A stretch of DNA of 64,000 nt from the NCBI GenBank assembly GCA_003971905.1, contig RSEE01000001.1, forward strand, positions 1,302,001-1,366,000, in the 5' to 3' direction. Of the stretch, positions 47,473 to 58,383 are shown one piece after another; the first letter of the stretch is position 1; each line of letters starts with the position of its first letter. The translations under genes were made by a program, and so were the position numbers. The stretch is from Moniliella sp. 'wahieum'. Its lineage: Eukaryota. The notes under the pieces were generated by a model, which ran no database searches, was not told the origin of the DNA, and saw only the letters and a program-made list of their open reading frames with translations.

Positions 47473-48592
47473 GGTGGCGGGAAGTATATGGTGAAAGGAC
47501 AAGGCGTGTGGGGGAGCCGCGCAGCGCAGTCGACGATGTACTTGTGCTGGTGAACGTTTGAATTCTGCCGCACGGGGTTCTCACCGACCACCTCGGCAGT
47601 CATAAGTCACGTGGATGTGGTCACGTGCCGAAGACTTTCCATCTCACGTCGCCGCATCACCGGCGTCAGCGCGAGTGCCCAGCAACCCTGCGGCCCAGCA
47701 TCTGGCACATTTCAATGTTCAAAATCACAGCTTAGACCCCCCACCGGTGTGTTGTCTGCTAACCGGTAACCGACAACACCGGTAATCGGTAGTCGATCGA
47801 TGGCCACCGGATGCAACACGAAGAAGCACGGAGATTGAGACCCTGGAGCGAGCTTCCACCTACGTAGGAGTGATAGTGAAGCTTGGAGAATGAAGCTTGG
47901 CGTTGGCAACTCGTAAAGCTAGAACAAGGGCTTGGGACTGGCTAGGGTTCCAGTGGTGGATGCTTGGCGGGAAGAGATGGGCAACTGCGGCTGCGGCCGC
48001 AGCGGGGACAGGGGTTGTGTGGGGGGAAGGACTGCGCCGTCGAACTTTGTGTCTGTGAGCATAGGTGGCGCAGAATAAGAGTGACGAGTGAGATTAGAAA
48101 AGTTGCTACATGTCCCCGCTCTTCCAACAGGTCATACACACCCGAAGATACAGCGGGCGTACCGGCTGGGTCGTCCTTCACACGCTTTAATTGCTTCGCT
48201 GTCCTTTTGCATGTGGCGTGTGACCCTCTATAATGTTTTCTCCCTGTCCTTGCGCTGTCCAACGCTGCAGCAGCATGCACCATCTGCATTAGGCGGCCAG
48301 AAGCTGCATTGGTGAGCAGGCGAGGCGTGAAGTGCATGCGCTGAAGCTGAGGCTTTCCGAGGACGACCCGACGTGGTTTGTGTGGGCGAAGGACCTTCTT
48401 TGTCCTGATCGTTTACGCACCAAGCGCCAAATTGCCCGGGCTCGGCTCCCTTCACTTCCCTTGTACATACTATGACTACCACAAAGCCGGCCTCATCCAC
48501 CACCCCGAAAATCACTTTAAGCCCTTGAGTGCCTCAGTCGGCCTGGCATCGCACCGCCACCACACCACCGTCCCCACTGCCACTACCATATC

Positions 48593-51257
48593 ATGGCTGC
48601 TCTGGGGACTCCGCCTCCTTCGTCAAGCCCTGCACCTCCCCTGCACATGCACAAACCGAAACTCAACCATCCTCTCTCGAACCCCTCTCCACCGGATGGA
48701 CACACTTGCGCGCCTCTCTCCGTCGCCATACGCAGGCGGTGGGGCATGGTCTCAACCCCATTGATAACACTCCTTCCTCTTCTTCCGCCTCTGATTCAGA
48801 AGACTCTGACTCTGACGAGGAACGCCTCTTTGGCAGTCCCCATCTCCACAACTTCCACCACCACCAGGATTCCAACCCCAGAACCCGCTCGCGACTGGAC
48901 GGGAGCAGATGTCAGTCCATCTTCTCTCATGCCTCCTCTTCAACGGCCAGATGATGCATCTGGCATCGGCACTTCGCATACCCCCTCAATCTACGGTTAC
49001 AAAGGCACGGGCCCAGCCACCAATGGCACTGCGGTTCACGGCCTCGAACCCATTCCTTCCAAACGCACGGCTGAGGAGATAAAGATGGAACATCTCTTTA
49101 ACATGGCCCACATAGGCAAGCCCGAAAATTATGTGGCACCCATGGGACCTCATATTCCACTCACCTGGCGTCATTTGTTCAAACCACCCATCGTCCGTCA
49201 ATGGATCCATGGTCGGTAGTACGTCCCTCTTTGCCCGTACACTTTACTTTATTGTGACGGGATAAGGTTCCCTAACCACAACCTGCATTCAGTTACTATG
49301 GCGAAGTCAGTGAACGCGAGACTTCTCGGTTTGAGCTCGTGTTTGACCTGGTTTTCGCAGGTCTGGCTCATGCGGCGGCTGAGAACTTGGAGTCATCGGT
49401 CTCTGCATGGACGGTAGCGCTGCTCACTTTTGAGATCTATCTCGCCTGGGTCATCTGGATGGATCAACAGAAACTTGTCAATCAGTTTGGCACGGACGAC
49501 ATCTACCAGCGGATGGTCCTGCTTTTCATGATGATGATGATTATTGCCTACATCTCCAACGTCCGGGATTTGCGTATTGGCCATTTTCTGCTGAAGCAAT
49601 AAGTGATGGGAGTAGGGAGGCGGTTCGGATGGTCGCACGTGCGTCCGCAGGTTGGAGTAAGAGGGTCTTTCTGAACGAAGAGGGATCAGATGAGGAGGTC
49701 GTGCTGGATCTCCACGCACACTTAATTGGTCCTTATTACTTTGAAGAAGGATGGCACACTTCCCTTCAAGCTGCCATGTCTTTTTGGATGGTCTCTCGTC
49801 TGTTCAAGACCCTATTGCTCTTTATTTGGGGGTGTCAACTACGCAACTTTCGTTTTGCCCTCTGGCTTCAATCAGTACGCCCCATCTCCCTTCTCCAGCA
49901 ACAGTTGATATAGATAAAATGCTAACATATTACGTGGAACACAGTTGATCACTGCATCTACCTCTTCATTCTTTCTCCCGCTTCTCTTCACAACTAATAC
50001 CAAAGCCGTTATGGCCATGTGCCTTGTCGGTTTTCTGGTTGACATCAACGTTCGCTATCTGGTCATCTTTGGGCAAAAAGCTCTCCATCGGTGGGGTAGC
50101 AAACGGGAACGAGTGCTTTATATTCCAGCCGTCAACATTGAGCACATCATGGAACGCATGACTCTCCTCGTCTTGGTTATCACGGGTGAGGTTATCATGA
50201 ATAGCACTTACCACGGTTTTTTCAATGGCGTCCACGAAGGTTGCGGGTGGAATCGAAGGTTTGGAAGAGCTTGCTTTGCTGTGATCGTATCCTTTTTTCT
50301 ATGCTTTGTCTACTTCGACGCCGATGCTAGCCGCACTTTTGTCCACGCACTCAGAAGGCATTACTTTACATCCACACTGTACACCACTATCCACTTCCCG
50401 TACGTTACTTCTGTGCCATCGTCAAAAAACTGCAAGGCTGACGTTTTGTATACACCTTTTTCTACCACAACTCCCTGTCAGATTGGCCGTCTCTTTAATC
50501 GTGATGAGTTCAACCCTCCCGCAGCTTATTCCCGAACGGACTGTGGCACAGGGAGTGACCTGGTTCTACTCAGGAGCTCTGTCAGTGGCCCTGTTGTCCA
50601 TTGCCCTTCTTGGTACTATCCACGCTTCTTTGGACCAAAGGGGAACGCCGCTCCTTTCAAGGAGTACTCGCATCTTCTTCCGCATTGTGGTTGCCATTAT
50701 TTTTGTCCTTCTTCCACTCAAGAAAGACTGGCAAACCATCCATTACCTCGCTATCCACGCCTGTATTCTGGTTTTACTGGTTGCATTCGAGACGGCAGGA
50801 AAGATTGGGTCCGTGGGCCGGGTCTATGATGCTGAGCGTTCTGCCCAGTTGGAACAAAAACGCCTTGATCTCAAGAGTTGCGGAAGGAAGGCTTGAAGGC
50901 AAAGCGAACTTATTCTTTCCCCTTCAAACGGGTGCAAAACCTTCCTAATTGGGACAAGCCACAAACTGGGGTCTCTGACGTCATTAATCCCCTCGCCGGC
51001 CAAGTTGATACAACAGATGGACAGGAAGTGATCATGTCGGTGGAGGAGGCACACGCACAAGTACGTGCCCGCCAAGAATTGGAGGCTGTTCGGGACCTGC
51101 AACGATCCCGGCCGACAAAACGGGATAATTGGCACCACTTCAAGGAGCTATCCTATGCCGAACGCGGGGAAGAGGATGTGGGGAACGAAGTCGAGCTGGG
51201 CAACATTGAGCGTGTTGCACTCCACCCTCCCGTCGGTGGGCTTTGGCCTCCCTTTGA
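48593..51257 (+). CDS. LtrA-family (low temperature requirement A-like) multi-pass membrane protein; several introns
   Basis: 'PIVRQWIHG', 'ERETSRFELVFDLVFAG', 'QFGTDDIYQR', 'PAVNIEHIMERMTLLVLVITGEVI', 'YFDADASRTFVHALRRHYF..HFP'. Many hydrophobic segments. Introns near 49216-49291, 49875-49944 and 50400-50481. Start and end inferred. Confidence 0.82.
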
Positions 51258-51420
51258 ACCACCTTCATCCTTCTTCTCGTCGTTTATGCAAGAGACGTTC
51301 GACTACGGCGGAGATGTACAGGCTTGCCAAACCAAAAACGCAAGAGGTAGTTTTGTCCCCCATCGGTTAGCTGTTGGTTGTTGCATCACAACCACCCTCC
51401 ATTGACTGTACAGGACCCAC

Positions 51421-51844
51421 ATGGATTCACTCACTTTCACATATTCCTCAAAAGCCACATCAGGCACACCCAGTCCTAGTGTCAGCAGGTCTGCTTTCCT
51501 CTCATCTGTATACACTTCTTTGTCTGCAGTGTCCCAGGTTAGATATGACGCCAATCGGCACAATTCCTCGTGTACAGGCAGGAGAGAACAAGGCCAGCTT
51601 TTATCATCCTTCGACTATTTCAAAGGACTGCGTTGATGACGGCTCGGACGACGACAGCGAAGAGGACTGCGGCCACGACAGCGATGCCACCAGTTCAGAG
51701 TCCCAGGGCTCGGATGACGGGGACTACGACGAAATTCTGGCGGATCAGACGGATCGCATGGATGGGAAGCCAAAACGACCGCACTCACGGGGGCTCCAAT
51801 TCGTTGGATGTGACGGTGATTTGGGCCGGTGGAAGTTTCTCTAA
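51421..51844 (+). CDS. Possible small acidic hypothetical protein (frameshifted)
   Basis: An ATG-started ORF at 51421 overlaps a D/E/S-rich frame 'DDGSDDDSEEDCGHDSDATSSESQGSDDGDYDEILAD..' ending at TAA 51842-51844. No homology recognised. Confidence 0.3.
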
Positions 51845-52556
51845 CGGACGCAGATCGGACCGACGGGAACGATAATGTGTGGCGCGGTTGGGGTTGCGAT
51901 GTTTTGTGCGGGGCTTCGTCCCTTCCTTTTCTCTCTTTCTACACGTCGACAGTGGCATCAACTCATCCCGTCCTCTGTCCTCGCTCATCTTTAGCGACAG
52001 CGACACATAGCTGCCAATAATGAAGAAGAGCCATCTCGCGCTGCCTGTCTTGCCTTTCCTTTTCCTCTTCCTCCACCAGCCGCCCAGGCGCATCACCTGC
52101 TGTCCGCGGGCAATCGGTCATTATGCTTGCTGTCCTATACGCTCCCCTTTCCATCGCGGTTAGTCACGGCATATGCTGTTGCACTGCCCCCGTGGCGTTA
52201 TTGGTTGCAGCACAGAGGTGGTGACTGCGTTTGGGATCCAGCTTACGCAAGCAGGCAACAAGCGTTTAGGCCATTACTAATGAACCCTAACCCACTGCGG
52301 CGCCCCCCGGGCAGAGTCATGGTTTTCTCCATGCGGACAAAAACTTAGATGGGCGCTGCCGGCGCCAGCCGGAACGCCTCCGGCCGCCGCGGTGCGCCAC
52401 ACTGGGCCTATTCAGTTGCAGAATTTTTTTCGGGGATAAGCCGCGGCTGTCTGGCACCAAGCACTAACCCCGGGCCACTGGCCGGCACCTTGCTTGGCAC
52501 ACAATCGCTCTCCCATTTCTCACCGCCACCACCTCTCTCTGCGTCCCTTGGTTGCC

Positions 52557-53542
52557 ATGCCCGCTGCTACCAACACACCGTATGGTCGTCAGCACTCTTA
52601 CCGCCGCTGCTGATGGCACGTACCAGCGCACCGTCGAGCAGCTGTCAGCGCTGGGGCGCAGGGTAGAGTGTACATGTCCGATCGCATCACTGATGGCGGT
52701 GCGTCCTCCTTTCTCCATTGGCTAGAGATTCATGTACTGACCCTACAAGTTCAGGTGCCGACCTCTCCCCATCTAGCTTTGACGAGGCGATTCTGGCCAT
52801 GCCCTGGATCAGGTGGTGGACAAGAACGCTAGTCGTGTTGACTGCAGTGCATGCTTCACTCCTGAGGGCGCCCACTCAAGGTAGGTGCTGCTGGCGAGTG
52901 GACGAGATGGGCCAAGCGTGTGGGGGGGAACTGTGCTCACGGGATTGTCCTAGGGTTTGTGATTGAGCAAGGATCGATCACAGGTAAGAAGATCGGGGCT
53001 GTTGCTCCTGCTGCCCCCGTTTCCCTCTCGCTTCGGAGCACCAAGCCGGGCAAAAAGGCACTCTGGGCCACATCTACTCCTGCAGCTACAGTCGATCCCG
53101 AAAGCCTATTGACCGCTGCCGACCGTATCAACCCTTCCCGCACCAAGGGAGATGATTGCGCTCCGCTTCAACCCGGCTTTTCTCTTGCAAGCATGGGGAC
53201 GAGGAGGAAGCGCGCCTGCAAAGGCTGTACCTGCGGGCTGCGAGAGCTTGAGGAGGAACAGGCTCAGAATGGCCCAGTGGTCATGCTTGCCGAAGATCAA
53301 GATCTGCCCGCCCCAAGCCGGGAACGACAGTGCGAACTGAGACGATTGAAACCGTAATCGGGATTGATGGGCGACCCAAGAAGGTGAAGCGTATTCATGT
53401 GGAGACCAAGGGCGCTACCTCCTCTTGTGGCTCGTGTTCTCTTGGTGACGCCTTCCGCTGCTCTTCCTGCCCCTTTTTGGGCCTACCAGCCTTCAAGCCG
53501 GGCGAGACGGTCACCATCCCTGTTGATATGGATGACATCTGA
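52557..53542 (+). CDS. DRE2: Dre2/anamorsin, cytosolic Fe-S cluster assembly factor; introns and frameshifts
   Basis: 'MSDRITDG', 'KKALW...VDPESLLT', Cys motifs 'DDC...[14 protein letters not shown]' and '[29 protein letters not shown]...DDI'. Confidence 0.93.
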
Positions 53543-54312
53543 TTGTTCTGTCCTCTCAGAGTCGGATTCGGGTCGTTGTTCCCCGTGGACCGATATTATC
53601 AACTGCCCGCATTGTTCCCTGTAACCTAGCTCATGATTTCTTTTCTATTTTGCATTGCAATGTTGAAGTAGTAATACGAGATAGCTCGAGTTTTTATCAT
53701 AGTCGAAAGGTAGTCATCGTCTCAACTCGAGAGGGGCAAGCGCCCAAATAAAATGTTCCCAGAACTCTCTACCCGACATGCACTTACCCAAGACGAGCAG
53801 TCGAGAAGCACTCGGTTATCGTGGCCTTCTCAATTTTCTTCTACCTCTACCATGCTTGTCACCATCGGTATTTCTATCACTAGCACACCCAAGCTGGTAT
53901 GGCGAAGGGGGTTTATGCCACATACCCCATCCTCGTCTTTGGCAGACGGGTTGCATATGAAGGTTCATGCACCTGTCGAGTATCTGAACGAGTTATGCGG
54001 TTTTGCTGTGGCTTCATCTACGTTCTCAGAGGTATGAGCAAGTAAGTACATGGAGTCCTCGCCACCCACAGATGTCTATCCATTCGCCGGCATATCTATG
54101 GGCCGCCACAACTGGGCACATAGTAACAACGCGCAAAACAATTGATACTTTCAATATCCGTCTGGCTGTATCGGCCCATCTTCTACCATCCCAGAACGCG
54201 GTTGGAGACGCCGAAAGCACTCTCAGCCTGGGCGCTCAGCTGAGCCTGGCTGAGCCCCGCCGACGTTGAGACGGCTCACCACCCATCCAAGAAGATCACG
54301 CACGCTGCGAGT

Positions 54313-55218
54313 ATGCTGGCGCGTTTTCTCGGTGTCCGTCCCGTGGCGGGCAGCCTGCGTATGCCATGGCTCGCTTCGCACCATCCCGTGGTGCCGCGCG
54401 TACCTACTCCACCCCCCCCCAAGTTCACCCAGGAGGAAATGATGCGCGCCGCACGCGAGGCTCAACGGGAACGCGCTAGTCTGCGCAACAAGAACATGTT
54501 CTCTATTCCACCGCCACATTTATCTTGGCATTTGGTTTGAGCTACGCCGCGGTGCCCTTCTACCGCGCCTTTTGCTCAGCCACGGGGTATGCCGGCACCC
54601 CATTGCGGGTGACGACGATGAGGGCCGATTCTCACCCTCCGCCTCGTGCCAGCTCAATATGACCCCGATGGTGTCATATCCAATGTCCCCGGTTTGGTGT
54701 GGCACGGCGGAGAATTCGCGTCAGGTTTACCTCGGATACCTCGGACGACCTCCCATGGTCCTTTACCCCGTCGACCAAGGAACTCTTCATTCTCCCGGGT
54801 GAGACAGCACTCGCTTTCTTCCGCGCCAAGAATCACTCCAAGAAAGATATCGTCGGTATCGCCACTTATAACGTAGCTCCGGATCGCGTATGTTCAACCT
54901 CCGTATATCTTGGGGGCTGACTAACTCGTGCTTGTATAGGTTGCGCCATACTTTGCCAAGGTGGAATGTTTCTGCTTCGAGCAGCAACGCCTTCTGGCGG
55001 GGGAAGAAGTGGACCTTCCCGTCTTCTTTTTCATTGACCGAGATGTGCTGGACGACCTGACCTGCCGAGATATGACGGAGGTCATCCTTTCCTACACGTT
55101 TTGCTGCTCGGCGCAACGAAAAGACGGGCGATCTAGAACCTGATACCGACCTAGCCTTACACTGTTGGCATCGACCTGGATGAAGTCCGGCCTCGATGAA
55201 TTTGGTCGACAACACTAG
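54313..55218 (+). CDS. COX11: Cytochrome c oxidase copper chaperone Cox11; intron ~54888-54939
   Basis: Arg-rich presequence, 'SYAAVPFYRAFCSATGYAGTP', 'LPWSFTP', 'PGETALAFFRAKN', 'GIATYNV', Cu-binding 'KVECFCFEQQRL..GEEVDLPVFFFID'. Confidence 0.95.
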
Positions 55219-55836
55219 GATTTTCTATGCCCAAAAGCAATGCATGCCAGTTACCCCCGCTCTGCCATCCAATCTTCTTTCTACCGCCGTATGGATTCCG
55301 TTTCTCGCAGCAGACAGTTGCATCCACTGGGGCAAAATCCGTGGAATGTCCTAAGGCGTAGGATCGAGACAGAAACAGGGGCTCCTTGATGGGCGCACAT
55401 GCGTGAACTGCACTTCACTTGGGGTTTCCTGAAATGGGCAGGAGTACTTCTCGCAGCAGTGCTTCCTAGAACCTCGTGCGAAGCAACAGTACGGTAGTTG
55501 AAAGTGGATATGGGGGAGGAGGTTCCTAAGAGCTATGAAAAATTGATTGCAGAGGGAGAAGCATAGATTGGTGGGAATGTCTGGAGCGCCATAGACCAAA
55601 GAAATGGGGTCAGTATTGGTGCACATGGCAAATAAGTGAATGGCTCAGACAAAGAAAGTTAGGTAGCGAGATATTTTCGGCATCGAGTCCGAAGAACTCA
55701 TACAGCCAAATGCCTCAAGCATCATAGCGACGAAACGTGGGAAAGAGTGCTTACCGGATCGTAGTTGGTGGTTGAAGAGATGCATCAAAAGCGGCTGCTC
55801 CGCTGCTATTTATGCCGTCTAGGTGGAGGCGAAGTT

Positions 55837-55850
55837 TGAAAAATTCTGCA
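55837..55850 (+). promoter_or_regulatory. RRPE-like element (TGAAAAATT) in the CSL4 promoter
   Basis: TGAAAAATTCTGCA ~105 nt upstream of the ATG; second TGAAAAATTG at 55536-55545. Resembles the yeast RRPE TGAAAAWTTT of ribosome-biogenesis genes. Confidence 0.55.
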
Positions 55851-55954
55851 GGCGGAATACTTTCCTTTCCGCAGCTGTCTCTCCTCGACTTGCCCGACAA
55901 GCACACCAAGCATCTGCACCACTACCTCCTTGCCCTCACTTCCTTTTCACGACG

Positions 55955-56732
55955 ATGCTGCGTACTCCTGTTGTGCTTCCAGGGCAGCCGGTGAGCTCCA
56001 TTCCTCAAGCCCCACTATCCGCTACGGCTGCTGCTTTGGCGGCCGAAGGAGTTTTCCCCCGCGGAGGATGGATGGTAGCGAGTCGGGTGGGCACACTTGA
56101 TACTTCAGGCGCGGCCGTATCGGTGCGTGGGACTGGGGCTCGTTTTCCTGTCCCTGAGGTAGGCTCCAATGTGCTGGTGCGGATTGTGCGCGTGTCCCCA
56201 AGGCAAGCCAGTTGTGTGATCCTGGCCATTGATGTGTCCCATGCGGCTTGGCTGGCACCCGGCCGACGGCAGTTGCTGCCGCCGACGATGGCAACCCCGA
56301 CTCGCTCTTTCAGGGTCTGATTCGCGCCCCCGACGTGCGCTCTACCCAAAAAGATACTGTCAAGATGGTCGAGTGTTTCCGCCCGGGCGACATTGTGCGC
56401 GCAGAGGTGGTACGTCTCCCTTCCAGCTCCTCGGCTTCTTACATCCCTAATAGCTTCATGGCCAATGCTGACTGCCCTGGTCCTAGATCTCGTTGGGTGA
56501 TGCCCGCTCTTACTTCCTTTCAACAGCTTCCAACCAACTGGGTGTAGTGTATGCCATTGCATCTTCTTCGAGCGCTCCTTCGGGCGTGGCCTTGCTGGAT
56601 GATTCTCCTGCTCGTGTCAAATCGTCGAGCGCAGGCCCAACTGCGCTGGTCCCCATTAGTTGGGATCAGATGCTCGATCCAGTCACAGGGACCGTGGAGA
56701 AACGCAAGGTGGCCAAGCCCATGGTGGCTTAA
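55955..56732 (+). CDS. CSL4: RNA exosome cap subunit Csl4 (S1 domain); intron ~56410-56486
   Basis: 'VVLPGQP', 'VPEVGSNVLVRIVRVSPRQA', '[55 protein letters not shown]', 'PISWDQMLDPVTGTVEKRKVAKP'. Confidence 0.94.
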
Positions 56733-58383
56733 TTGCTGGGCCCTCTCCCCCTCCCATGCCGCTGCCATGCCATTGTACTTTTATACTATTGCTCATACCC
56801 CCCCTCTCTTGTATGTGTTTTGAAGACAGACATCTTTACTCGCCCCAGAACCTTCTGCAACGCCGGCTATGGGTATCATCTCCCTCTGATTGCCTCTTCG
56901 GTAGCTAAGGCTCGAACGAATTTCATGCTTCTTCCACATGGGCTGGAAAATGCAATGAAGACGCAGGAGGATCTGGTGTATTAGGTATCGTGGATCCTAA
57001 TTGCATCAGCAGTCAAGTGGTACATGTAACAATGGGATTCTCTTCATGGGCTTGGAGGAATACTAGGTCCTACTACCCCACGGTCAAGCATGAGCCTTCT
57101 ACAGAGGGGGGATCAAAGAGTTGCCCCACCATCATTTGCTCAGCCCCACTTGTCCCCCCCAAGCGGAGCCCAGCCTACCCTCTCATCGTGACTTAGATCG
57201 CCTGATACTGCGCCGACAGCGGAACAGCCCCCATCAAGCTCTGGATCAAAGTACTCAGGATCGGCAGCGGGGCGCGGCCTCGGTTCTTGCTCTGGTGTTG
57301 TACTGGAGAAAAGAATTCCAACGCCCCCTGCTTGGCAATATCTTATCGAACGATACACGGGAATGAGGAGGACAAGTTCATGGTGGCATCCGAACTCCGT
57401 CCTTGCATGGTAAGCACGGGATGGAGGATAGGTGGTGGGATCAAAAACATAATGTGCTTCCGAAGAAGCGACTCTTCTGGTCAAGATTGTCATCCTTGCA
57501 GGGACCATGCTAATCTTCTCTGTATTGTTCCAAGTTTAACGATAGCAAGCCGAAGCTTGCAATATATTGCCTGCATGCGCAATGTCAATAGCCAGCGGAA
57601 TTGCATGCTGGTCGCCGCGTGAAATCAAATGTGGTCTATTTAAATTTGGCCATTTCCTCTTCCTGTACGCAAGTGCAGAAGTCGACAATGAGAGCCGCGC
57701 TCTGCCAACTAAACTACACTCCAGATACTGGAAGGTAGGTCCATCGGACAGATCGGTACTCTCCGGCACTAGGGTCAAAGCAATGCAGAGCAGTATGATC
57801 ACCGGCTCTGCCCATATACTAGGCCGATCTAGGCCCTGAGCCTCAACATCAAAAGAATTCCCTAGGGCCTGAACCGCCCACACTTCTCATCTCTTCTTCC
57901 CACCTAAAAAGAGCAAACCCATTTTTGGTCATATGGGATTGTGGCTACACATGCGTGTTTTCACAGGTAGAGGGCTACTAGGAGAAATACGACGAGAGGG
58001 TTGATGTAACAGGTGAGAAGAATGAGGGATGAAAGGTGAAAGGTGAGAATGAGAGATGTGAGATGACAAATAAGAGGCAGGGCAAAAACATGACAAAGGA
58101 CAGAAGGCAGAAGACGAAGGCACAGGGAACAGGACACAAGACAGAAGCTAGAAGACAGGTCCGACATCAAAGCCAGAGACTGCAGCACGTGCCCCTCCCA
58201 CCTCCGCCCCGCATCCACATCCAAAAACAAGGCAGGATAGGAGAGCAAGTGGAAGAGCAGAGACAAATGAGTGCCGACCTAACCGTCCGTCCCGCCCCCC
58301 CTTCTCTGTACCCCCCTCCTCCCACCCGGGTTTAACCCAACCAAGCCAAATGCAGTATACCCCTCTCACGAGGCCCCACAGTT

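Noticed and set aside
52557..55218. DRE2 next to COX11 as a metal-cofactor gene cluster
   Set aside because: Different compartments and pathways. Adjacency of housekeeping genes is expected in a compact genome.
56900..57900. Lower-GC region with 100-120 aa ORFs; possible decayed gene or viral/TE fragment
   Set aside because: No recognisable RT, integrase, transposase or capsid motif and no terminal repeats. A call cannot be supported without a search.
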